Source: Geosiphon pyriformis uo1
Lineage: Eukaryota; Fungi; Glomeromycota
Direction: 5' to 3'
DNA: 64,000 nt
Assembly: GCA_016748015.1 (NCBI GenBank)
Contig: JAAOMT010000061.1
Location: 124,001 to 188,000 of the forward strand
Part shown: positions 53,884-64,000 of the stretch, one piece after another
Layout: every line of letters starts with the position of its first letter
Position numbering within the stretch: the first letter of the stretch is position 1
Translations under genes and position numbers: made by a program
The notes under the pieces: generated by a model
Seen by the model: only the letters and a program-made list of their open reading frames with translations
Databases searched by the model: none
Told to the model about the DNA's origin: nothing

Positions 53884-56800
53884 TGAACAATTTGGTTTGA
53901 AGAATTGCGACATGTAATGTGAGGGGTGTGAATGTTCTTGCCAAACAGAACAATATAGTTAGATGGCACAAGGACTCTGGAAATAACATTTCTATCATTA
54001 TGGAGACAAAGTTAAAATCTGGTGTTAACCCATGAATCATGAATAAGTTCCCTGGTGTTCGCATTTTCACATCAGGGCTGAATACAGGTTCTTCTGGTGC
54101 TGGCGTGGCTGTTATTATGAACTCTTCTGTGGCTTGGCATGTTTCAAAAATCGATGAAATTCCTGGTCAGTTGATTTTAATTAGACTCTTGTTTAAGGGC
54201 AAACTTTTGGTTACAATCTTGGGTATCTATGCAGGTGCATCTACTAGTGTGCATTTTGGTCAAGCTCTTGCTGTCAACTCCTTAATCGCTAGTGCTATCA
54301 ACTCAAGCTCTTTTGTTGTTTTGGGTAGGGACTTCAATGAATCAGATATCAAAAAAAGTGCTAGTCTCAGAAAATGTGCAGATCTGGGTTTTGTTAACTC
54401 TTTCAAAGGACATTCTTTGGCTAGTTCACCTACGTGGAGCAACTGCAGAAGTGTGGAAAAAGTTATTGATTATATTTTTGTCAGTGAAAACTTAGTTTCT
54501 GCTCTGATGAAGTGGGACATTGGCGCAATTACAGAGTTTTTCAACATGGATCATAAAATGATTTCAGTTTCAATTGGATTGGGAGGTCTTTTTGATGTTC
54601 AGTTAAACAGTATTTGCAAACAGACCAATAGAGACAGGTGGAAGTTTGACTTTAAGGATGCTGACTTTTCCAAATAATTACGGTTTAAGAATAATGTGTT
54701 TGCTGCTCTGTCCTTGGTCATAGGTGGTTTTCTGAGTGCTAAGATTCTTGGTGATTTGGATGAGATGTAAGACATGTTGTGTGGGATTATGGTGAGAGCT
54801 GCTGATGCTACATTTTCTAGGCACTGGTTTAGCAAATTTGACTGTTTAAAAAACAAACATTCATTGAGGTTCCTTGGACTTGAATTGTTGGTGGCTAAGG
54901 TCGTCAAGAGTTTGAATACAGGTGATAAGTATAAGTGTAATTGTCTAATCAAGAGATGGTTTCTGGTCGATTATAAAGAGGCTTTCAAGTTTAATTTTTT
55001 GGTTCAAAATGGGGCTGATTTAGTAAAGGTGTTCAAGCATCTGTCTCAGGTTAGAAAGTGTTACAGGAAGTCTAAGTATTATGAATCCAGAGTGGTAAGG
55101 AATACAGCAATCCGGAGTGCCATTGATAAACACATGGAGAATTTCAGTTCTAACAAAGGTGACATGATTAGGAGTATTTTGGAGCAGTCTTTTCATAAGA
55201 TTGTTTTGAACCACTTGGTTATAGGCGATGAACTGGTTTTGGATCCAATTGAGATAAAAAACAGGGTCGACAGTATCATGGTTAACTGGACAAGAGAGCG
55301 TATTTCACTTTTGGTGATGTCCTCCAGATGGGCCCACCAATACACGCCTTTGGATTATGTGAAAGATGATGCCTTTTCTAATGTTATAAATAACATCCGT
55401 TTCAGTGAATTGGTGAATATAATTTTGGATCTATCTGATGGCAAAGTGGCTGGCCTGTCTGGTATCTCTAATGAGCTATAGAAACATTGTAGTAATAATA
55501 TGCTTGAGTGTTTGTTGAGTCTCTTAAATTCTTGCCTAAATATCAGTGAGATTCCAGCCCTTTGAAAAAAAGCTTGGGTTTCTATGATCCCCAAACCATA
55601 TAAATGGGATGGCATTCTTATGAATACAAGGCCCATTGTATTAATTAAGACAGCCAGAAAGATACTCTTTAAATTATTGTCTGACTGTATTTTTTCAGCC
55701 TGTTCCAGATTTGATGTTCTCCGGGGTGACAATTTCTCAGTCCTAAAGAGTACTTCTACTTAATCTCCAGTTTTTGCTGTTGGTTCAATTGTGAAAGATG
55801 CTCTGGAGAAAAATAGGGAGGTTTGGTTGGTGTTGCAGGATATGCATAAGGCCTATGATTCTGTTAGTTGGTGGCAGTTGGAAGCCAGTTTGAAGCGGAT
55901 CAAAATGTATGATAGATTTGTGTTGTTTTTTGGAAATTTACATGTAGGCAGGATTAATAGAGTAATGACTGATTTTGGCCTCTCGGATGGATACAATGTA
56001 CTAGATGGTTTGAATCAAGAAGAGGTTTTCTTTCTTCTCTTGTGGAGGATTTTTTATGACCCTTTGTTGTGTGAGGTTAAGGATCATGAACATTTATATG
56101 GTTACAGAATCAATACCAACTTTGTAGCAAAATTTGGCCAAATTGAGTTTAGTGGTGGTTAGTCTTTATTTTTTGTGGCAGGTGCATTTGTGGATGATAC
56201 TATCTGAATTGGTAATAATCAAGTGTTAACACAACATATATTGGATATTGCAGACAAATTTTTTGAGGTCAATGATATCGCAATTAACAATGAAAAGACT
56301 GTGGCAATTCCTATCAACAAAAGGGTTTCAGATGTGTCTCTGCATATTAATAGACTATCTATCTCTATTGCTAAACAGAGTGAGGCTCATAGATATCTGG
56401 ACATTTTCTTGTCGACAGATGGATTGTCTAAGCCCAGTTTAGCCAAAGCTTAATCAGATGTCAAGTTCTTTTCTAATATGGTTTTCAGGAAAGCTTTGAG
56501 GGATAAACAATTTGTGTACTTGGTGTCTTTGGTTCTGCAACCCATTGTCAGCTATCACACACAATTCAGCTTTGTTTCTAAGAGTGTCTGTTTGAAATGG
56601 GATGTTATGTTGAGGAATGATCTTAAATCTAAAGCGAATTTGCCTTGAGATTTTCCCAGTGAGGCTTTACATCATCTCTTCTTTTATGGCATGAGGACTT
56701 TTGAACAGATCCAGGCTAAAGGGAAGGTGGCTTCATTGGTTTGGTTCTCAAATGCACCTGGTATTCTGGGGTGTTTGTTTGAACACTGTTTTTTGGATCT

Positions 56801-57170
56801 ACAGATATTAGGGTAGACTCCATTAAACCCTTTATGACATCTTGTTAAGTTGAGGGTTAGTCTCTCTAACAATTTTCTTACTGGTATGGTTAGAATTTTT
56901 TTGGACAATGATATATATTTGGCCAACAATTTGTCTTGTGCTTTTCATGGTGCTGGTCACTTCTCTGTGTCGACGATCTTGGGTAGCTCCTTTTATTTTG
57001 GTGTGGTCCCTTCTTTAAAGCATTTTGGTATTGCCTTTGGTAACAGGTTATTGGACAAAGATGGATTGGTTCTCAGTTGGAGGACTTTTCACCACTGGAA
57101 AAGACTGAGTTCCAGAGGTCCTGTACCTTTGTGGTACTCCAAAGTTTTTGCATACATAGATGGTCACCGT
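53883..57170 (+). pseudogene. LINE F ORF2 (APE endonuclease + reverse transcriptase), stop-interrupted
   Basis: ORFs 54039, 54774, 55791, 56223 and 56850 are in domain order. Confidence 0.9.
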
Positions 57171-58066
57171 TGTTACAGGTGATTATTTCTGTTGTTGTAT
57201 TGAATAACAAACCTGTAACTTGGTGCTCAAAAGCTACTTTCATGAATAATGTGTGGAAGGTATGGTATCTGAAGGTTTTGGTTGATCTAAAGGTTTTGTT
57301 GTGAAGTTCTTTGTATAATGGACAGAGATTCAGTGGTGATGGTAGTAGTTTTCCTGGAGTTGCAATTATGCCCAATTTCTTTCTCAGCTTGGCAGCCGGA
57401 TTTATTCTGGCAGTCGTGCCCTTCTGGTAAGCTATTTGTTAATATATATAATTTTACTCTTATTTCTGGGTCTTTTACCAGGCTATCCTTGACGTCAATA
57501 ACTCAGTGCTTAATTTTTTTACTCAATTAGTATACAACAACAAAATCAAAGAAAGAAAAGAAAATAAAAAGAAAGAAAATAAAAATAAAGAAAATAAAGA
57601 AAATAAGCCAAAGCAATTCAGTATGTTAGTATCTCGTCAATAGCCATGATCAAGAGCTATTGTTCCAATATGGTTAAGTATCAATTACTATCAACATGAA
57701 GTGTTGATAGTGGATAGTAGATTGCGATATGGAATAATTATTTATTTGATGATTGGTTTCTTGGCTAAGGATTTTGTGGTATTGATTTTGTCTTTTTTGT
57801 TTCTAATACTACTGCTATATATACATAATTGGGATTTCTCAATTCTTCGATTCTTCACGACAGAAATCCTGGAATTCCTAAAATCTTGCGATTTCTTTGA
57901 GAGAAATCCTGGAATTCTGGAATCCTGGAATTCCTCGTTGGAGAATTCTGAAATTCCTGAAATCCTGCAATTCCTAAGAGAAATCCTGGAATTCCACATT
58001 TACTACACTTACTTCTGATTGGCTAATAATTATGCTAATATATTTTCTATATTTCTATGAGTAACA
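57171..58066 (-). repeat. E5 3' LTR (896 bp) with U3 repeats (57860-57997), TATA-like site (about 57815-57826) and hairpins
   Basis: Perfect 6-bp terminal inverted repeats; PPT aaaaggaggaaataa adjacent on the minus strand. Confidence 0.93.
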
Positions 58067-58079
58067 TTATTTCCTCCTT

Positions 58080-58643
58080 TTAATATTGAGCTCCGTTGAA
58101 ATCTAACTCATGTAATTCCCCCTCTTGAAGTATTTCCTGGATTTTGTTTTTGAGAATTACTTGTGTTATTTGGGTCTGTAATTCTTCAAATTGAGCATTG
58201 GTGATTTTTCCCAATTGATTACTAGTCACCATATCTATTGTTCTGTTGAGCAATATTTCTGGTTTATTCTGAAATGCTGTGTGTATTTGGTATATGGCTC
58301 AGGCTTGTGTGGATAAGTTGTTCTTTTCCACAAAATGTTCTAATTGTTGTAGTATTCTTTTGTCGAATAATTGCTTTGTTTTATTCATATATAGATTCTG
58401 GATATTTACGTGTTGTCCCAAGTAAAAATAACAATAGTTTCATGGAAATTGTTGTATCCACCAATTCCAAGTTTCATTAGTCAACTCTTGATATAGTGAC
58501 TCTTTTGTTGATTCTTTTATTGCTAATTTTACTTTCACTATGATTTTATCCACAGTATTTTCAGTTTTTTTCTGTGTTCTGAGTTGAAATGTCTTTCTAG
58601 TATCTTGATATCAAATGGTTTGTTGATTGATTATAATCTCCAT
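58080..58643 (-). pseudogene. E5 ORF3: 187-codon accessory ORF in the env position (probably extends about 40 codons further upstream), three CGA-to-TGA-type stops
   Basis: MEIIINQQTI*YQDTRKTFQLRTQKKTENTVDKIIVKVKLAIKESTKESLYQELTNETWNWWIQQFP*NYCYFYLGQHVNIQNLYMNKTKQLFDKRILQQLEHFVEKNNLSTQA*AIYQIHTAFQNKPEILLNRTIDMVTSNQLGKITNAQFEELQTQITQVILKNKIQEILQEGELHELDFNGAQY*. Confidence 0.78.
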
Positions 58644-58762
58644 TTTCTGGTGTTAGATTAATTGAAAGAGTTGTTGTGCTAGTAAGTGAATGTTTCTGTA
58701 ATTTTCATTTTTCTGATATTTCCTGTCACGTCTACCATGTCTTTATATATTCTTTTAATGGA

Positions 58763-60145
58763 TCAATTTAATGTGTTGTTGTCAATAATAATGATTGGTT
58801 CCAGATTTTGTGGAATTTCATCTGGTTGGACTAGTATTCTCTGTACTTCTAATTGTGGAATATTACTGGTAGATGGTAGTGTAATGTTGTGATATAGTTT
58901 CAGTCGATCTCTATGTGCTGCTTTGGTTAAAATTTTGTTATCCAATCTTAATTTGTAAGCTCTATTTCCTAGAATTTCTTCTATGTGAAATGGTCCGTCC
59001 CATTTGGGGTCAAATTTTCCACTCCATTGTTTTTCTGCTTTGGTATGATGTAGTAATACTTTGTCTCTGATCTTGAATTCAACTGGTTTGTCTGGTAGTT
59101 GACTATCATGTCTTTCTTTCTGTGTTTTTTGTGACTTTTAGATGTTATCAGCTGCTCTTTTTCATTTGTTTTCCAATGTTTCCATTAAGTCATATGTTCT
59201 TTTTAGCAATGTTTCTTAAAAATTTTTCTCTGTTATTGGTTTAGCTGGATATGTATTAATTTCTTTCTCTACTGATAACATTGCTATTCTCTCATATACT
59301 AATTCAAATGGTGTTGCTTGTGTAGTATCTTGTTTTGTTATCTAATAAGCAAATAGTACTGATGGTATGAACAAATCCCAATCATTTTGGTTTTCTTGGC
59401 TGAACTTGGCTATTGCTTCACACAATGTTCTGTTGAATCTTTTTACTAATCCATTGGTTTGTGGATAGTATGGTGATGATAATGGTTTCTTGATTCCGAA
59501 TCTTTGGCTCAATTCTGTTAATGTTCTGTTCACAAAATAAGTTCCTTGGTCTGATAATAATTCTTTTGGACATCCATGTCGACAAATCAAATCCTAATGA
59601 ACAAATTTGGCAATGGATTCTGCATCTGCTCTTTGAATTGCTTTTGCCTCTGGCCATTTAGTGAGATAGTCCATAGCTACTGCTATGTATCTGTTTCCTC
59701 TGCTGGTAATTGTTAATGGTCCAACTAAATCAATTTCCATACGGTCAAATGGTTGTCTCACTTTGATTGGTCTTAATGATTCACTGGGTCTTGTTCCTCC
59801 TCTTTGCTGACAAGCATCACAATTTTGAACATATTGAATGATGTCTGGATACATTAATGGCCAATAGTATCTTTTTCTAGTTCTTTCTATGGTTGCTTCT
59901 TTGTAAAAATGTCCTGCTGTTGGATTTGAGTGCATGTTGAATAATATTGTCTCTTTTTCTGGCTCCGTAATTACTCTGGTTGGTTGATCTGGATTCCTTC
60001 TATTTTTCCGATAAAGTATATTTTGGTGAGTGATAAAATATTTTGATTGTTGTTTGATATTCCTTCGTTCCGTATGAGATAAATTCTCCTTGAACTGTTG
60101 AGTGTTTAGATAATGTTGCAATTGTTGATATTTTTGTATGTTTAT
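58763..60145 (-). pseudogene. E5 integrase (HHCC zinc finger, DDE core, GPY/F module; no chromodomain)
   Basis: HSNPTAGH...CDACQ, IDLVGP, SDQGTYF, PQTNGLVKRFNRTL, PKWDGPFHI. Confidence 0.92.
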
Positions 60146-60208
60146 TTTTTGTTGTATTTTTCCATTGGTATTGTTCTGGTTTTATTATATTTTTGGGTTG
60201 AAATGTTC

Positions 60209-61500
60209 TTAGATTTGTCTTATTCGCAATAAACCGTCAGCATTTCTGTTGTCTTTTCCCTTTTTGTAATGTATAGTATAATTGTATGGTGTGAGTGCCA
60301 TTTTCCATCTTGACTGTCTTCCATCTCCAAATTTTTGTTTTTGGAGTGATGTTAATCCCTTGTAATCTGTGTATACTTCAAACTTCTGGCTCAAGTATTT
60401 TTTCTATTTCATGATGGCCCAGTATATTGCTAAGTGTTCTTGTTCTGGTGTTCCATAGTTCTTTTCGGCTGGTGTTAAACCTCTGCTGGCATATGCTACT
60501 GAATGTTCTCTGCCATTCGGTCCTCTCTGAGATAATACTGTTCCCAATGCTTGGCTGGATGTATTGGTGGTAATGATGAATGATTTGCTGTAATCTGGAT
60601 AGATCAGTACTGGAGCTTGGATAAGCTTTTTCCTTAGAATATCAAAAGTTTCTTGTTGACTTTTTGTCCATTCATATTTCACATTTTTGTTTTGCAGTTG
60701 ATTGAGTGGCTGTGCTATCTTGGAAAAGTTCTTGATAAAATAACAATAGTAGCTGGTGAATTCCAAGAATGATTTCAGTTCTGTTATATTGGTTGGCACT
60801 GAAAAGTTCTTTACTATCTCTATTTTCTCTGGATCTGTTTTGATGCCGTCTTTGCTGACTATGTGTTCTAAGAATTTGAGTTCTGTCTTGCCAAAGAAAC
60901 ACTTTGTCGCATTTAACTTTAGTCCTGCTCTTCTTAGTCTTTCAAACACTTGTTGAAAATGATGAAGATGCTCATCAAACATCTTTGAGAATACATTGGT
61001 GTTATCCAAATATACAACTACTGATTTCCACAATAAGCCAGTATAAATAATTTCTATTAGCCATTGGAAAGTTGCTGGGGCATTGGTTAAGCCGAATGGC
61101 ATTACTTCAAATTCGAAATTCCCTTCTCTAGTAGTGAATGGCATCTTCTTTTTGTCAGCTAGATTCATGGCTACTTGTCAGTAACCACTGTCCAAATCTA
61201 ATGTGGAGAACCATTTGTTCCCACCGAAAGCATCGAATAATTCCTGTATTCGTGGAGTTGGATAACTGTCTCCATGAATTACACTATTGAGTTTCCTGTA
61301 GTCTACACAAAACCGGATTTTTCCATTTTTCTTACAGACAAGTACCACTGGTGACAACCATGAACTCATTGATAGTTGAATTAGCTCATTGTCAAGCATT
61401 CTGTTTATCTCTTAATGAATAATCTTGTGGCTGACTGGTGGCACTCTGTATGCTCTTTGTTTGATTGGCATTGCATCTCTAGTCTTGATCTGATACTGGA
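60209..61500 (-). pseudogene. E5 reverse transcriptase + RNase H
   Basis: RFCVDYRKLN, TLDLDSGY, MPFGLTNAPATFQ, YLDN, NYGTPEQEHLAI, YTDYKGL, NADGL. Confidence 0.93.
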
Positions 61501-62029
61501 TGATGTCAGTTTGGCCAAACTCATTTTTACTGGCAAAGATGTCATTAAAATTATTGAGTAATATCTTGAGCTGCATATATTGGAATGGATCTAAGTTTCC
61601 CATGTTCATTTGTTCCAATTGTTTTGGTTGGAGCAAATAACATTCGTCTTGTTCATAGATTGTTTGTAATGTGATGTCAACATATCCACAAAGTTATGGA
61701 AAGTCTGAAATGGGGTTTGGTGATTGGTCTTCTATTTCTGTGGTTAAATATCTGATGGTGGTTTCTTTTGGTATGTTGATGACATTGTCAGTGTTGTTGT
61801 AGATGGGAATTTTTATGCTGCTATAGCTTTTGGCTAGTATGTGGAGATTGATTAACCTAATCTCTCCTGATTCACAAAGGATTGCTTCCACTTCAAAAAT
61901 CTGTTCTTGTTCTTTTTCCTTTTTTTCTATTGCTAACATGTACTGGCTATATAGTGGAATGAAAATAGCTTGACCGGTTGAGATAATTTCTCCTTGGCCA
62001 ACAATTTTTTCCTCCGCCATATTAATTGA

Positions 62030-62434
62030 TACATCTGTTCTACCCATTGATCTAAATCCTTGTATTCCTCTCACTGTTATTTTTAATTTTTCCCTCTTTC
62101 CCACTAATACTAACTGAGCTACTCTAATCAGAAGCAGGAATATTGCCTGTGTTATCTTTTTGTTGGGCTCTATTATATAGGTCTTTTCGGAGTCATTTTG
62201 TAGCATGGCGATGATATTTTTTACATATCCCACGTCAATTATTCCTCTTCTTATATTGATCTTTCTTTTCGCTAAACTACTTCTAGATGCTAATTGAACT
62301 ATTGTTGTTGCTAGAATCTCTAGTGCTATTTTCAGATTAATGCAGGTGCATGAATGCAGTTCCAATTTAATGGCATCTTTTTCTGGATATCTTAGATCAA
62401 ACTCTGCATCCATATTATGTGCACATTCTGGCAT
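62030..62434 (-). pseudogene. E5 dUTPase domain
   Basis: All five dUTPase motifs in decayed form: DAEFDL, ASRSSLA, GIIDVGYVKNI, KITQAI, RGIQGFRSMG. Confidence 0.88.
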
Positions 62435-62699
62435 AATACCTTTACCATTGTCACTATATCATTTCAACTCTTGTTCCTTGAAGAGATCTGGTAGTGCAAT
62501 GTATTATTCATAGTTTAAATTGGGTTTTAAATCTGAGTCTGAATTGTTTTTGTCATCATTGCCATTTTGAATGGAGCTGGAACCAGTGTTTTTATCATCA
62601 TTGTCAGAGTCTGGATCGCGATTGATCAGCAATTCTGATTCCGATGCACAGCTGCTAATTGGTTCTTCTTCTTCAGGGATCGAGTAGATCATGCATGGT

Positions 62700-63340
62700 G
62701 GTGGATTGTAAATGAGGTCACAATTGTCACAATATTCAAAGTCACTGGGAATTAAACAATGACGACACAGTTTGGTATTTAACTGTGCTAGCCATTGTTC
62801 TTGCTCTTCTCTAGTGGGTGCCAAGTTTTGGTAGTGTTTATGAAACTCTTCTGGTTCTAGAAAATTTATAACTGGCTCTGTGTTCCAGTCAAGCTTGATG
62901 GGTTCTGGTGAGTTGTTTTTAATTGTCCAGATTTTTTTTGGCAATGCGTCTTTAATTTTGGCAGTTGCCATTCTCCAAATTTTGTCATCATCATGTGGAC
63001 AACTGTTTAATCATCGCACTGCTCTTTGCCAAGTGGCTTCGATTGGTGTCTCTTTTTTAACCCAGTTGCTGATCAGAATCGTGTATTGACACTCTATATC
63101 ACACGTTCCTCCACGTCCAGGAATGTCATGCCACATTTCTTCATCCAAGAAAGTCTCTCCACAAGCTAAGCATGGCTGATTGTCCCATTTCCCTACTCAT
63201 TTTGGTCTTCCAAAGCATTCAAGGATGTATGAGTGGCAATAGAACTTAGTTGCCGTTGAATATTCCTCATCGTTCCCACAGCATGTGCCCATTGACAACA
63301 ATTTCTTACCACAATCGACGCATATAAGCTTAGGTCGATG
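62700..63340 (-). pseudogene. E5 Cys-rich (putative triple zinc-binding) region between protease and dUTPase
   Basis: CVDCGKK...CCG...YCH; CLACGE...CDIEC; CRHCLIPSDFEYCDNC. Confidence 0.7.
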
Positions 63341-63699
63341 ATAGGTAGATCATTGTGGTATAGTGTAGGTATTATAAACGGTGGTGGTTTGGGTGGTCTC
63401 TTCTTTTTTCCCTTTTCCTTTATTTTCTTTGTCCTCTTCCCATTCTCAGCTTGAAGTCGGTTTGCTCTTGTCATTTTCGGTCCATGTCAGGTTATCAGTT
63501 TCTCAGATAAGTTCTTCCTTTTGTTTCCTTTTTCTCTTGTTGTTGTCATCCCAGAAGAGTATTGGCAGTAGTTTTTTGTGCTCTTCGTCCACCCACGACA
63601 CTTGGTAGGCTTTTCAGGTAGGTTTTTCAGGTAGGTTTTTCTTTCTTTTCCTCCAGTTCAATCAATAGTTTCTCTCTTGGAGGAGTTTTAAAGTAGCCA

Positions 63700-64000
63700 C
63701 ACGTGGCCGGAACATGTATGTGTTGGCCCTGATATGTTAGCTGGAGTTCCTGAGTGTTCCAGTTTAACGTTGCATTGACTTTGAATAGCCAGTTATTACC
63801 AATGAGAGCTTGGTATTAAGTGGCTTCTATCACTAGAACTTTAATGGAAGTCACGATACCATTAATTTCAAAAGGAAAGTTATCGATTTCACCGATTGGA
63901 GTTTTGGTCGCTCTATCGGCTGTGATGATTTTGGTGCTGGCAGCTCGATCAACTCGGCGACCTAATTGCTCTATGAGTTGTTTTGTGATTATGCTGCCTG
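63700..64000 (-). pseudogene. E5 aspartic protease (C-terminal part)
   Basis: AGSIITKQL...IITAD...YQALIGNNWL; the catalytic D(S/T)G would lie just beyond the window end. Confidence 0.75.

Larger units (their letters stand above)
51907..57170 (+). mobile_element. LINE F: least decayed LINE copy, interrupted before RNase H by E5
   Basis: ORF1 52022-53883; ORF2 from ATG 53883 with ATCNVRG, ETKL, GRDFN, IDYIF, MDH, LQDMHKAYDSV, LWRIFYDPLL and FVDDTI. Confidence 0.93.
57171..64000 (-). mobile_element. E5: Ty3/Gypsy LTR retrotransposon, best-preserved copy, continues beyond the window end
   Basis: 3' LTR 57171-58066 (TGTTAC...GTAACA), PPT 58067-58081, IN (HHCC, DDE, GPF), RH, RT (MPFGLTNAPATFQ, YLDN), dUTPase, Cys-rich region and protease C-terminal half. 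Confidence 0.95.

Noticed and set aside
57701-58018. ORFs 57701..58018 (+) and 57742..57999 (-)
   Set aside because: Open frames produced by LTR U3 tandem repeats; not conserved in other LTRs.
58600-58950. Chromodomain at the integrase C-terminus
   Set aside because: No chromodomain signature after the GPF module; the downstream sequence belongs to ORF3 in another frame.
8608-64000. Alternative genetic code or stop readthrough to explain the many in-frame stops
   Set aside because: The host gene reads normally in the standard code, and stops mostly differ between copies and derive from C-to-T/G-to-A changes.

Overview
Eukaryotic, AT-rich, transposon-saturated region. The element families and composition suggest a fungus, probably Glomeromycotina (arbuscular-mycorrhizal/Geosiphon-like); this is inference only. 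The host content I can support is one small CpG-retaining island holding a tRNA-Arg(CCG) gene (2415-2487) and a two-exon SLC35A-type nucleotide-sugar transporter gene (4311-5665). Most of the remaining sequence is nested, transition-mutated retroelements. There are about eight copies or fragments of RNase H-bearing LINEs (RRM/zinc-knuckle ORF1; APE-RT-RNaseH-CCHC ORF2), one of them full length with poly(A) and a 20-bp TSD (25943-36131). Five Ty3/Gypsy LTR elements or halves (TGTTAC...GTAACA LTRs) are inserted in these LINEs. The Ty3 family has an unusual layout: long Gag, protease, Cys-rich zinc modules, dUTPase, RT, RNaseH, integrase, then a conserved extra ORF of about 190-230 codons in the env position. 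The ORF track misses this extra ORF because of C-to-T stop codons. Its LTRs also share a conserved hairpin with a palindromic loop. The copies show graded C-to-T/G-to-A decay (RIP-like or methylation-deamination) that turns elements into the AT deserts while sparing the gene island. Element labels used below: LINEs A-F, Ty3 elements E1-E5.
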